Assembly (NCBI GenBank): GCA_040256005.1
Contig: JBDZWC010000006.1
Span: forward strand, 1 to 45,797
DNA: 45,797 nt
Direction: 5' to 3'
Source: Deinococcaceae bacterium
Lineage (GTDB): Bacteria; Deinococcota; Deinococci; Deinococcales; Trueperaceae
Shown: positions 10,026-22,372 of the stretch, in pieces
How positions within the stretch are numbered: position 1 is the stretch's first letter
Layout: each line of letters starts with the position of its first letter
Program-made: the position numbers and the translations under genes
The notes under the pieces: model-generated
Told to the model about the DNA's origin: nothing
The model's input: the letters and a program-made list of their open reading frames with translations, nothing else
The model's database searches: none

Positions 10026-11204
10026 ATGGACTGGCTTAGACGCAACTGGCCCGACCTCCTCATCGGTGTGGCTCTGGTCGCCGTGATCGCGGGCATCATC
10101 GCGACGTTGGTATCGGGCGGCTCGTTCTTCCCGGTGGGCAACCGCGCCGAGACGCCGCGCACCACCCAGGGCATCACCGCCGGTCAGACGCCAGGACAGT
10201 CTCAGAGCCAATCGGAACCAGACGGGCAACAGGCGGGCGGCCAGTCACAACAGTCCGGGCCTCAGTCCAGCTCTTCGCTCTCCAGCTCGGTAGACGCTCA
10301 GGAACCACCTGCGGTCGCGGTGGATCCTGCCGGCCAAGAGTCAGCCGAGGATCCTAGCGCTGCGCAGCAGACAGCGGAGGAACCCGGCGCCGCCGATACC
10401 CAGGCAGGCGACGCGCAGCAGTCGTCCGTGGAAGCCTTGCCTCCGGACGGTGGCGCGGCGTCGGCAGCGGCTCCGCCGGCCAGCTCCGCCAACAGCTCTG
10501 TGAACAGCTCGGTCAACAGCTCGGCCAGCAGCTCCGCGGCACAGCCGCGCTCCAGCTCCACGCCCGCCAGCCAGTCGGCCGTGGCGAGCGGACCGCCTCC
10601 CACGGCCTCTGCCGACGAGGAGGCCCCTTACCGCGTCTCGGTCGGCGCTTTCGGCAACGCTGCCAACGCGCAGCGGCAGCTGGAAGCGTTCCAGGCGGCG
10701 GGCTACCCGGCCTTCATCGGCACCCAGGGCGACCTCAGCATCGTTCTCGTGGGCCCGTACGACACGGAATCCGAAGCGCGCTCGGTAGCGGCGCGCATCG
10801 CCGGCTCGAACATGGGCGTGAGCGATCCCACCGTCTACAGGTTCGAGCCCGACGAGCAGGACTCCGGTACGGCGGGTCAGGCCGCCGGGCAGCAGTCCGC
10901 GGTGGGCCCGAGCTCGGCGGCGGCCGGCCAGACCTCGCAGGCGCCAGCCCAACCCGCGGCTCCTCCGCAGGACCAGCCCACACAAGCCGCCGCGGCCGGG
11001 ACGCGCTACCTGCAGGTGGGCGCGTACGGCTCGCGAGAGAGCTCCCTGCCGCAGCGCGAACGTCTCGAAGGCATGGGCTTCGTGGTCTCGGACCGCGTCG
11101 AGGGTGACCTCGTCAAGCTCCTCATCGGACCCTTCGACGCCGGCCAGTTGGCCGATGCCCAAGCCAGGCTGCGGTCCGAGGGGATAGAGAGCTTCCCCCG
11201 CTGA
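10026..11204 (+). CDS. Membrane-anchored SPOR-domain protein (two SPOR domains; septal peptidoglycan-binding class)
   Basis: N-terminal TM helix, Ser/Gln/Ala low-complexity linkers, SPOR motifs YRVSVGAF...VLVGPY and YLQVGAY...LLIGPF. Confidence 0.88.
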   Translation: MDWLRRNWPDLLIGVALVAVIAGIIATLVSGGSFFPVGNRAETPRTTQGITAGQTPGQSQSQSEPDGQQAGGQSQQSGPQSSSSLSSSVDAQEPPAVAVDPAGQESAEDPSAAQQTAEEPGAADTQAGDAQQSSVEALPPDGGAASAAAPPASSANSSVNSSVNSSASSSAAQPRSSSTPASQSAVASGPPPTASADEEAPYRVSVGAFGNAANAQRQLEAFQAAGYPAFIGTQGDLSIVLVGPYDTESEARSVAARIAGSNMGVSDPTVYRFEPDEQDSGTAGQAAGQQSAVGPSSAAAGQTSQAPAQPAAPPQDQPTQAAAAGTRYLQVGAYGSRESSLPQRERLEGMGFVVSDRVEGDLVKLLIGPFDAGQLADAQARLRSEGIESFPR

Positions 11205-11878
11205 TGCCGCGCGGGGGCGCCCGCGGCACGTCAAAGGGCATCCCCTCGGCGACGGTCAGCCGGCTGATCACCTACTTACGCGTCCTCAACGGCCTCGAGG
11301 CCGGCGGCGTCCAGAGGGTCTCTTCAGACCTGTTGGCGTCGGAGGCCCAGGTCTCGGCCTTCCAGGTTCGCAAGGACCTCGCCTACTTCGGTACCTTCGG
11401 GACCCGCGGCACCGGCTACACGGTCTCGTCGCTGCGCGATGAGCTCAAGCGGATCCTCGGCCTGACCCGGCAGTGGCGCGTGGCCATCGTCGGCATGGGG
11501 CGCCTGGGCCAGGCCATCGCCGACTACCCGGGCATGAGCGAGTTCGACTTCGAGTTGGTGGCCGCGTTCGATGTCGACCAGAGGAAGGTGGGACGAGGCT
11601 ACGGCACCGTGCTGGTCAGGTCGCTGGACGAGCTACCAGCGGCGGTCGACGAGCTCGACATCGAGATCGCGTTCCTCACTGTGCCCGTCAAGGCGGCGCA
11701 GGTCGCCGCCGACGCGGTGACGAAGGCGGGCGTCAAGGGGATCCTGAACTTCGCGCCCACGGTCGTCTCGGTGCCTGCCGACGTGAGGGTGGAGAACGTC
11801 GACTTCCTGGCGGCGCTCAAGCGGCTCAGCTACTTCCTGCACGAGGACGCGGCCGAGCCCGAGGAGAGCCCGGCATGA
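11204..11878 (+). CDS. rex: Redox-sensing transcriptional repressor Rex
   Basis: SRLITYLRVL, QVRKDLAYFG...GTGY wHTH, Rossmann GMGRLG, GILNFAP. Confidence 0.96.
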   Translation: MPRGGARGTSKGIPSATVSRLITYLRVLNGLEAGGVQRVSSDLLASEAQVSAFQVRKDLAYFGTFGTRGTGYTVSSLRDELKRILGLTRQWRVAIVGMGRLGQAIADYPGMSEFDFELVAAFDVDQRKVGRGYGTVLVRSLDELPAAVDELDIEIAFLTVPVKAAQVAADAVTKAGVKGILNFAPTVVSVPADVRVENVDFLAALKRLSYFLHEDAAEPEESPA

Positions 11879-12849
11879 CGCCAGGCGACCTCGAGCTCGA
11901 CGCGCGCACGCTCCAGGACGAGCTGAGCCAGTTCGAGTCCGAGCTGGCGGCCCAGTTGCGTTCGGACGTCGGCTTCATCGCCGCCATCGGCGAGGACCTG
12001 GTGCGGGCGGGCGGCAAGCGCGTCAGGCCCGCGCTGTCGCTCCTCACCGGCCGTCTGCTGAACGTCGCGCCCGACATGGCTCGGCAGGTGGCGCTGGCGG
12101 TCGAGCTCCTGCACTCCGCTTCGCTGCTCCACGACGACCTGATAGACGACGCGACGACGAGACGAGGTGAGCAGGCGGCCTTCCTGCGCTACGGCAACGT
12201 GGTCAGCGTGATGTCGGGCGACTTCATGCTGGCGCGCGTCCTCGGCCTGCTCGCCCGCGGTGGCAACAGGGACCTGACCGGCCTGATGGCCGATGCCGCC
12301 GCCGCGCTGTGCGAGGGCGAGGTGCTCCAGTTCCAGTGCGCGACGCTCAAGGAGTGGAGCTACGAGACGTACGCGCGGATCAACGACGGCAAGACGGCCG
12401 CCCTCATGGCCGCAGCCACGGAGGGCGTCGCCGCGCTGGCGGGCGCCTCGGAGGACATCAGGTCGTCGCTGCGCGCGTTCGGTACGGCGTACGGCAGGGC
12501 GTTCCAGCTGCGCGACGACTACCTCGACCTGCTCGGAGACCCGGAGCGCCTGGGCAAGCCGGTCGGCGGCGACCTGCGCGAGGGGAAGGCCACGTACCTC
12601 GCCTTGCGCCTGATACTCGACGAGGACAGCGAAGAGGCCAGGCTGATCGTCGGCCGCCACGCTTCCGAGCCGAGTGACGTGGAGCGCATGGCCCAGCTCG
12701 CCAGGTCCCACGGCTGCGACGCAGCCATGCGCGAGCTGATCGCCGCCGAGGTGGAGGCCGCCAAGCACGCCCTGGCGCGGTTCCCGCCCTCGGCCGCCAA
12801 GTCCGCGCTAGTCGACCTGGCCGAACAGGAACTCAGGCGGGTCGCGTAG
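11875..12849 (+). CDS. Long-chain polyprenyl diphosphate synthase
   Basis: GGKRVRP, FARM HDDLID...RRG, KTA, SARM FQLRDDYLD, GDLREGKAT; ATGA overlap with rex. Confidence 0.93.
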   Translation: MTPGDLELDARTLQDELSQFESELAAQLRSDVGFIAAIGEDLVRAGGKRVRPALSLLTGRLLNVAPDMARQVALAVELLHSASLLHDDLIDDATTRRGEQAAFLRYGNVVSVMSGDFMLARVLGLLARGGNRDLTGLMADAAAALCEGEVLQFQCATLKEWSYETYARINDGKTAALMAAATEGVAALAGASEDIRSSLRAFGTAYGRAFQLRDDYLDLLGDPERLGKPVGGDLREGKATYLALRLILDEDSEEARLIVGRHASEPSDVERMAQLARSHGCDAAMRELIAAEVEAAKHALARFPPSAAKSALVDLAEQELRRVA

Positions 12850-12877
12850 AGGGCTCGGGGTAGCGGCCGGCTCGCGG

Positions 12878-13201
12878 CTACTCGGGCCGCGTCTCCGCAG
12901 CGACCCAAGCGAGGAACGCCGGCAGTCCGCCGGTCACCGGCAGGGCCACGACGCAGGGCACTTCGTAGGTGTGGAGCTCCTTCACCCGCGTCACGAGGGC
13001 GTCGACGCGATCCGCGGTCGTCTTGGCGAAAGCCACGACCTCCTCCTCGGTGTTGACCTGCCCCTCCCAGCGGTAGACGGACACCCCCCTGGGCAGAAGG
13101 TTCACGCAGGCCGCCAGGCGCTCGTCGACGAGGTGCCTGGCCACCGACGCCGCGCTGTCGAGGTCAGGGAAGGTCATGTACACCGAGCGGATTTCGGCCA
13201 T
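12878..13201 (-). CDS. cutA: Divalent-cation tolerance protein CutA
   Basis: LAACVN, SVYRWEG, HTYEVP, FLAWV; start at ATG 13201. Confidence 0.93.
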   Translation of the reverse strand: MAEIRSVYMTFPDLDSAASVARHLVDERLAACVNLLPRGVSVYRWEGQVNTEEEVVAFAKTTADRVDALVTRVKELHTYEVPCVVALPVTGGLPAFLAWVAAETRPE

Positions 13202-13250
13202 ACCTGACGGTACCGTGCTACTCATGGGCTAGACGCTACACTCGTCCCAG

Positions 13251-15839
13251 ATGTCGATCGCACAGAGCGAAGTGCTCAAGTTCTTCCACGAACATCCCGA
13301 GAAGCCCTGGCACGTCCAAGACGTGCAGCGCCGCCTCAAGCTCGACGACCGTACCGGCCTGCGTCAGACGCTGGCCGAGCTGGTCCAGGCCGGCCAGCTG
13401 GTCAAGACCCGCCGCCGCACCTACGGCCTCCCCGAGGAGATGAACCTCCTGGCCGGCCGACTGCAGGTGACGTCTGGCGGCTACGGCTTCGTGATCCTCG
13501 ACGAGGGCGGCAAGGACCTCTTCGTACCCGCCGACAGCCTGGGCGGCGCCTGGGACGGCGACCGCGTGCTGGCCCGGCCCAACCCGCTCAAGTCAGAAGG
13601 AGACAGGCCCAGCGGCGAGGTCGTCAGGATCCTGGAGCGGGGCAACGACCTGCTGGTCGGCACGCTCGAGTACGCCCGCGGCTACGCCATCCTCAGGCCG
13701 GACTCACCGCGCTTGCGCGAGCGCGTCCTGCTCACCCCGGAGTCGGTCGGGAAGGTAGCCGGCGGCACGAGGATCGTCGCCCGCATGGTGTGGCCCGAGG
13801 ACTCGGGGGAGAAGGAACCGTTCGGCGAGCTCCACGAGGTGCTGGGCGAGGCGGACGACCCCGAGGTCGAGACCAGGGCCGTCATCGTGAAGTACGGCCT
13901 CAAGGCCGACTTCGACCCGGCGACGCTGGCGGAGGCCAAGGCCGTGCCGGACACCGTGACGGCCGAGATGATGGAGGGCCGCACCGACTACCGCAAGGTC
14001 CCGACCTTCACCATCGACGGCGAGGACGCCAAGGACTACGACGACGCGGTCTCGGTCGAGAGGCTGGACGGCAAGCGCGACGGGCTGTTGCGCGTGGGCG
14101 TGCACATCGCAGACGTCAGCTACTACGTCGCGGAGGGCACGAGCCTCGACAAGGAGGCGGTGGAGCGCGCCACGAGTGTGTACCTGCCTGGAGAGGTACT
14201 GCCCATGCTCCCGGAGGAGCTCTCGAACGGGATCTGCTCGCTCGTGGAGGGCGAGCCGCGGCTGGCGCTGTCGGCCTTCATGGACGTCACGCGCAGCGGC
14301 GAGGTCAAGGCGTTCAAGCTCAAGGAGACCGTGATCCAGTCGGACGCGCGGCTCACCTACAAGCAGGTGCAGGAGTTCGCCGAGGGCGGCAGGCTGCCGG
14401 CCGGCAAGCGGAAGCTCGAGCGCGACGTCAAGGTGCTCCTCAACCTGACGCAGGAGCTGCGCACTGAGCGCATCGGCGCGGGCGCCCTCGACTTCCAGTT
14501 CACCGAGGCCAAGGTCGACGTGGACGAGCAGGGCGCCCTCCACGTCACGCCGGTCCGCAGCGACGCGGCCAGGCAGCTGATCGAAGAGCTCATGCTCCTG
14601 GCGAACCGCAAGGTGGCCGAGGAGCTCTCCAAGCGCGACGTCCCGGCGCTGTTCCGCGTGCACGAAGACCCCAGCGAAGAGAAGATGCTCGCCTTGCAGA
14701 AGGCGTTGGCCAAGCTGGGTTACACGCTCGACTTGGAGCACGCGCGACCGCAGGACCTGCAGGCGATCCTCCGCGAGGCGGCCGGCAAGCCCGAGGCACA
14801 GCTGGTCAACACGCTCCTGCTACGCAGCCTCAAACAGGCCCGGTACTCGAGCGAGAACCTCGGCCACTACGGCCTGGCCTTCGAGAACTACCTGCACTTC
14901 ACCAGCCCCATCAGGCGCTACCCCGACCTCGTCGTGCACCGCGTCGTGCGCTCGATCCTCCAGCACCGGTTGTCGCCGACCCTGAAGGAGCGCATGCGCT
15001 CCGACTTCCCACAGCTGGCCGAGCACGCCAGCGACCGCGAGCGGGTGGCCGAGTCGGCCGAGCGGGACCTGACGCGCTACTACCACGCTCGTTGGGCCAA
15101 GGAGCACATCGGCGAGGCCTTCGTGGGGGTGGTGGTCGGCGTCACGAACTTCGGCGTCTTCGTCGCCCTCGCCAACGGCGTCGAGGGGCTCATGCACGTC
15201 AGCCACCTGGAGGACGACTACTACATCTACCTCGAGGACTCGCTCATGCTCATGGGCAAGCACACTCGCAAGCGCTACCGCATGGGCGACAGGGTCGAGG
15301 TCAAGGTGATGGCGGCGAACCCCACGCAGAGGCAGATCGACCTGGTGCCGGCGACTGTCGACGTGAGCGTGCCGGAGGCCGACGAGCAGGCGCCGACCAA
15401 GCCACCCAAGAAACTGCGGGACCCGTCCGAGGGCGGCATCGATGCCGAGTTCGTGACCGGGCGCAGGTCCGCACCCAGCGCCGCGGCGAGGGCCGCAGAG
15501 GAGGCAGCGGGCAAGCCGGGCGCCAAAGCGGGCAAGAACGGCGGCAGGAAGCCGAAGCCCGCGAAGGGGACCGCCAAGTCCACCAAGGCCGAGCCGGCGG
15601 CCAAGCCCACCAAGGCCGAGCCGGCGGCCAAGCCCGACAGCGCTCCGCGGGCCGAGAGAGGGAAAGGGAAGGCTGCCGCCGCTGCTGGCCGCCGGGGCTC
15701 CCGCACCGCGGCGCCGGAGCCGAGCACCAAGGGAAGGCAGGCTACGTCCCCGTCCACCACACCGGCCACGGCAGCGCCCGAGGCGCCGGCCGCAGCGCCG
15801 GCCAAGAGGCGCAAGCGCCGGCGCCTGGTCTTCGGCTAG
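13251..15839 (+). CDS. rnr: Ribonuclease R
   Basis: N-terminal HTH and CSD (GYGFV), RNB motif TIDGEDAKDYDDA, HFTSPIRRYPDL, S1 domain, Lys/Arg-rich tail. Confidence 0.96.
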   Translation: MSIAQSEVLKFFHEHPEKPWHVQDVQRRLKLDDRTGLRQTLAELVQAGQLVKTRRRTYGLPEEMNLLAGRLQVTSGGYGFVILDEGGKDLFVPADSLGGAWDGDRVLARPNPLKSEGDRPSGEVVRILERGNDLLVGTLEYARGYAILRPDSPRLRERVLLTPESVGKVAGGTRIVARMVWPEDSGEKEPFGELHEVLGEADDPEVETRAVIVKYGLKADFDPATLAEAKAVPDTVTAEMMEGRTDYRKVPTFTIDGEDAKDYDDAVSVERLDGKRDGLLRVGVHIADVSYYVAEGTSLDKEAVERATSVYLPGEVLPMLPEELSNGICSLVEGEPRLALSAFMDVTRSGEVKAFKLKETVIQSDARLTYKQVQEFAEGGRLPAGKRKLERDVKVLLNLTQELRTERIGAGALDFQFTEAKVDVDEQGALHVTPVRSDAARQLIEELMLLANRKVAEELSKRDVPALFRVHEDPSEEKMLALQKALAKLGYTLDLEHARPQDLQAILREAAGKPEAQLVNTLLLRSLKQARYSSENLGHYGLAFENYLHFTSPIRRYPDLVVHRVVRSILQHRLSPTLKERMRSDFPQLAEHASDRERVAESAERDLTRYYHARWAKEHIGEAFVGVVVGVTNFGVFVALANGVEGLMHVSHLEDDYYIYLEDSLMLMGKHTRKRYRMGDRVEVKVMAANPTQRQIDLVPATVDVSVPEADEQAPTKPPKKLRDPSEGGIDAEFVTGRRSAPSAAARAAEEAAGKPGAKAGKNGGRKPKPAKGTAKSTKAEPAAKPTKAEPAAKPDSAPRAERGKGKAAAAAGRRGSRTAAPEPSTKGRQATSPSTTPATAAPEAPAAAPAKRRKRRRLVFG
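15582..15635 (+). repeat. Perfect 27-bp tandem duplication in the rnr tail (TKAEPAAKP x2)
   Basis: ACCAAGGCCGAGCCGGCGGCCAAGCCC at 15582-15608 and 15609-15635. Confidence 0.9.
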
Positions 15840-17626
15840 ACCCGGCATGACGGTCTCGCCAAGGCATGGCTCACGCCCGGGTTAGACTCGCGGCGAACCC
15901 ACCAAGGGGGCGCTGCCTCGCACCTTGTGAGGCGAGCCCTGTCGTGGAGCGAGAGAGCCGGGAGGCGTTAGATGGCTGGAGAGTTCCGCTACCCGTTGAC
16001 GCGTTACTGCCTCCGGAGCGGCACGATGACGTTGCCGCAAGCGATGGTGGGCCTCTTCCCTGAGGGTCGCTCCGTCACCGCCTTGGACACCAAGTCCGGC
16101 GCCGAGCACCTGCTCACGCTCGAGCCGCCCCGCACCGTCACGGGCCTGGGAGAGCTGTACCGCGCCAACCGCCTGGCGGTGAACGACGAGCTGCAGGTGC
16201 GCGCGCTCGACGACGGGCGGTTCGCGATCACGCCGGTGACGCGCCAGCGGGTTCCCGACTACTCCACCGAAGAAGGGCTCGCGGCACTGCTGGACGAGCT
16301 GCACGAGGCCTCTGCCCGCCTGTCGGAGCAGGAGATAAGAGCCGTTCACGACGTCCCCGAGGACGTCGACCTTGACACCGCCCTGCGGGCAGACGGCCGC
16401 TTCGCCCTGCACGAGGGCCGGTGGGTGAACGCCTCCACCCTGGTGGTCGAGGACGAGGTCCACCCGCCGGTCGTGAGCATAGACCTGGCCGGCGAGGTCG
16501 AGCTCGAGGACGATCCCGTCGCTGCTGCCGACCCGGTCGCCGTAGGCGTGCCTTCCCCCCGACACGAGCTGAACGCGCCTGCCGACGAACCTGCGCGGGC
16601 CGCCGCTGACGCCGGACGGGGGGAAGAGCAGGCGGCGCAGGCCATGTTCGCCGGTGCAGAGAGCTCCGCACCGCAGTCTGCGGGTTTCTCACCGCAGTCG
16701 GCGGCCGGGCAGGGGCTTCCCCAGCAGGCGGGTCTCTGGGCCCAGGAGCTGGCTGGCCCCGACGCGCCCGGCGCCGCAGGGCACGACGTCCAACGCACGG
16801 TCGTGGAGCGGCGCGCGGTCCGCACACCGTTCGCGGTCGAAGAGGCGGAAGACTACGACGAGCCCGCGAGCGAGGTGACCGAGCTGACCAGCCGGTTCAG
16901 GCGCGTCATGGGCCCGGTCGGTTACCGGATCGAGCCGGTCGGCAAAGGTCAGCTCCGCCTCGTGGCGGCCATGGGCAGGCGGACTTACAAGGTCCTGGCG
17001 CAGTTGCTCACGAGGAGCGAGCGTCTGGACTGGGCCGAGCTGCTGTCCAAGCGGCGCGGTGACGACTACCGCCACCTGGCCGTGGTCGGCGACCATCACG
17101 ACCTGCTGAGGCTCACCGGTCCGGCCGAGCTGGCGCGGGCGACGCTGTGGAGCTGGCAGGGGCTGGAGCGCATGGCCAGCCTACGCAGGACCGTGCCGCT
17201 GTCTCCCATCGACCTGGAGCCACATTTCGAGCGCGATGGGCTGTTCGAGCACGGCCTGCAGCGGTTCGAGGCCACCATCGCCGAGCGGGTGGCGGAGCGG
17301 GGTGAGCTCTCCGAGGTGCTCTCCCGGCTCAACCAGCTGCGAGCGCCGGCCGTCTTCCTGCTCGAGGACCTGGTGGCCGACATGAACATGTCGCGCGACC
17401 GGGCGTTGGCGATCCTCGAGCGGCTCACCGCCGCTCCGTTCCACCTGGTGGCCCGCGTGGACCATGGCGAGTTCGTGCTGCGCCAAAGCGTTGCCTCGGC
17501 GCTCTCCGGCCTCGCGAGCTACGCGCTCGCCCTGAAGGACCAGTTGCCGGAGCGCCAGGTCGAGAAGCTGACCGGCCTCGGCGAGCCGGAGCTACTCGTG
17601 GGCTCGGGCGAGTGGGACGACGAGGG

Positions 17627-20761
<3,135 letters not shown>

Positions 20762-20891
20762 GTTTATCCGGCGGAGTGTATCACCCGCTTCGGGAGACCC
20801 CGGGCCGCGGGACGTCTTTCGCCTAGGGTCGCCGGGCCGCGAGCCCGGCGCTCGTCACGGACGCTCGCCGGCCGGTGCACGCTGCGCCCCG

Positions 20892-21470
20892 ATGCGCGAC
20901 AGCCCCGTGCCGCTCGTGACCGTCCCGGCGTTCCTGGCCGCCCTGCGCGCCGGGGCACTGCCCGAGGGTCCGCGCGCCGAGCTGTTGGCCGGTCGGGTCT
21001 CGCCGGGTCACACGCCCACACCCACGCAGATGGCCGTGATCGCCCACCTGTACGCCGCCTTGAGCCGGCCCGAGGTGATGGAGGCGGGCGGCCTCGTGGT
21101 CGTCAACGCGGCGTTCCGTCTCGGGCCCGGTGACCTGCTGAGGGCAGACCTGGCTCTGCTCGGGGCCCACGGCGCCGGCCGCGACGCCGGGTTCGCTACG
21201 GCGGGCGTGGGCGGGTCGCACGATCCCCACGCTGCGTTCGTCGTGGTCGAGCTGGTCAGGGGGCGCGCCACCAGGGAGGAGCGGGTGCCCATGTACGCGG
21301 CGGCCGGGGCGCGCGAGCTGTGGCTGCTGGACGTCGCGCGCGGTTGGACAGAGGTGCTGCGCTCGCCGTGGCGGGGCGCGTACCGCTCGCGCACGCTGTG
21401 GTACCCGGGCGAGGCGCTCAGGCTGGATGGCCTGGGCGGACTGGAGGTGGTTGCCATGCCGGCGCCGTAA
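20892..21470 (+). CDS. Uma2 (DUF820) family restriction-endonuclease-fold protein, divergent
   Basis: RAELLAGRV, ADLALL, VVVELV, YAAAGARELWLLDV follow the Uma2 pattern. Confidence 0.75.
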   Translation: MRDSPVPLVTVPAFLAALRAGALPEGPRAELLAGRVSPGHTPTPTQMAVIAHLYAALSRPEVMEAGGLVVVNAAFRLGPGDLLRADLALLGAHGAGRDAGFATAGVGGSHDPHAAFVVVELVRGRATREERVPMYAAAGARELWLLDVARGWTEVLRSPWRGAYRSRTLWYPGEALRLDGLGGLEVVAMPAP

Positions 21471-21507
21471 CTACGATCGGCCAGGTGTCGCGCGGTGGCT
21501 TGGCCCG

Positions 21508-22362
21508 TCAGTCGATCTCGACGGGCTCGGCGGCCGGGTAGCTGCCCAGGTACTTGACGAACGCGGCGCGGCGCATCAGGCCGGTCATCGCCGCGGCCAC
21601 CTGCGGCTCGGCGACGTGGCCTTCGATGTCTATGTAGAACAGGTAGCTCCAGGGCTTGTCGCGGCGCGGCCTGGACTCGAGTTTGGTCATGTTTATGCCG
21701 TGTTCGGGAAATACTTGCAGGCAGGCGACCAGCTCACCGGGGCGGTGATGCGTGGCCAGGAGCAGGCTCGTCTTGTGGCTCCGTCCGGGCTGCGGCGGAC
21801 GCTCCTCGTGGCCGAGCACGAAGAAGCGCGTGAAGTTGAAGTCGAGGTCCTCCACGCGCTCGGCGACGATGTCCAAGCCGTACGCGTCGGCGGCCCGGCG
21901 GCTGGCTATGGCCCCGCTGTCCGGCTCCGCGCCCACCCGCTCGGCCAGCATCTTCGCCGCGCCGGCCGTGTCGTACGCCGCCACGGCCTCCAGGCCGCGG
22001 TCCCTGATGAAACGCTGGCACTGCTGGAGCGCCTGCGGGTGGCTGTAGACGCGCCTGACGTCCTCGAGCCTGGTACCCGGCCTGACCAGCAGGTTGTGGT
22101 GGACGCGCACCACGCGCTCCGCCACGACGACTAGCACCGAGTCGGTGAGCAGGTCGTAGGTCTGGTTGATCGAGCCTGCCAGGCTGTTCTCGACAGGCAG
22201 GCAGGCGAAGTCGCACTCGCCTGCGACGGTGGCCTCGAACGCCTCCTCGAAGGACGGGTAGCCCACCGCCTCCGAGCCGGGTGCGAAGGCGTGCGCCGCC
22301 TCCTCGCTGAAGGCCCCGGCCACGCCCTGGAACGCGACGCGGGTAGCGGTCGTGACGGACAT
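21508..22362 (-). CDS. pheA: Prephenate dehydratase (monofunctional, with ACT domain)
   Basis: FQGVAGAFSE, LPVENSLAG, SHPQAL, NFTRF, INMTKLESRP, LGSYP; no chorismate mutase domain. Confidence 0.95.
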   Translation of the reverse strand: MSVTTATRVAFQGVAGAFSEEAAHAFAPGSEAVGYPSFEEAFEATVAGECDFACLPVENSLAGSINQTYDLLTDSVLVVVAERVVRVHHNLLVRPGTRLEDVRRVYSHPQALQQCQRFIRDRGLEAVAAYDTAGAAKMLAERVGAEPDSGAIASRRAADAYGLDIVAERVEDLDFNFTRFFVLGHEERPPQPGRSHKTSLLLATHHRPGELVACLQVFPEHGINMTKLESRPRRDKPWSYLFYIDIEGHVAEPQVAAAMTGLMRRAAFVKYLGSYPAAEPVEID

Positions 22363-22372
22363 GCGGGAGAGT

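Noticed and set aside
10479..10536. Imperfect 12-bp tandem repeats (AACAGCTCNGT)
   Set aside because: They encode the NSSV/NSSA low-complexity linker of the SPOR protein; no spacers, not CRISPR
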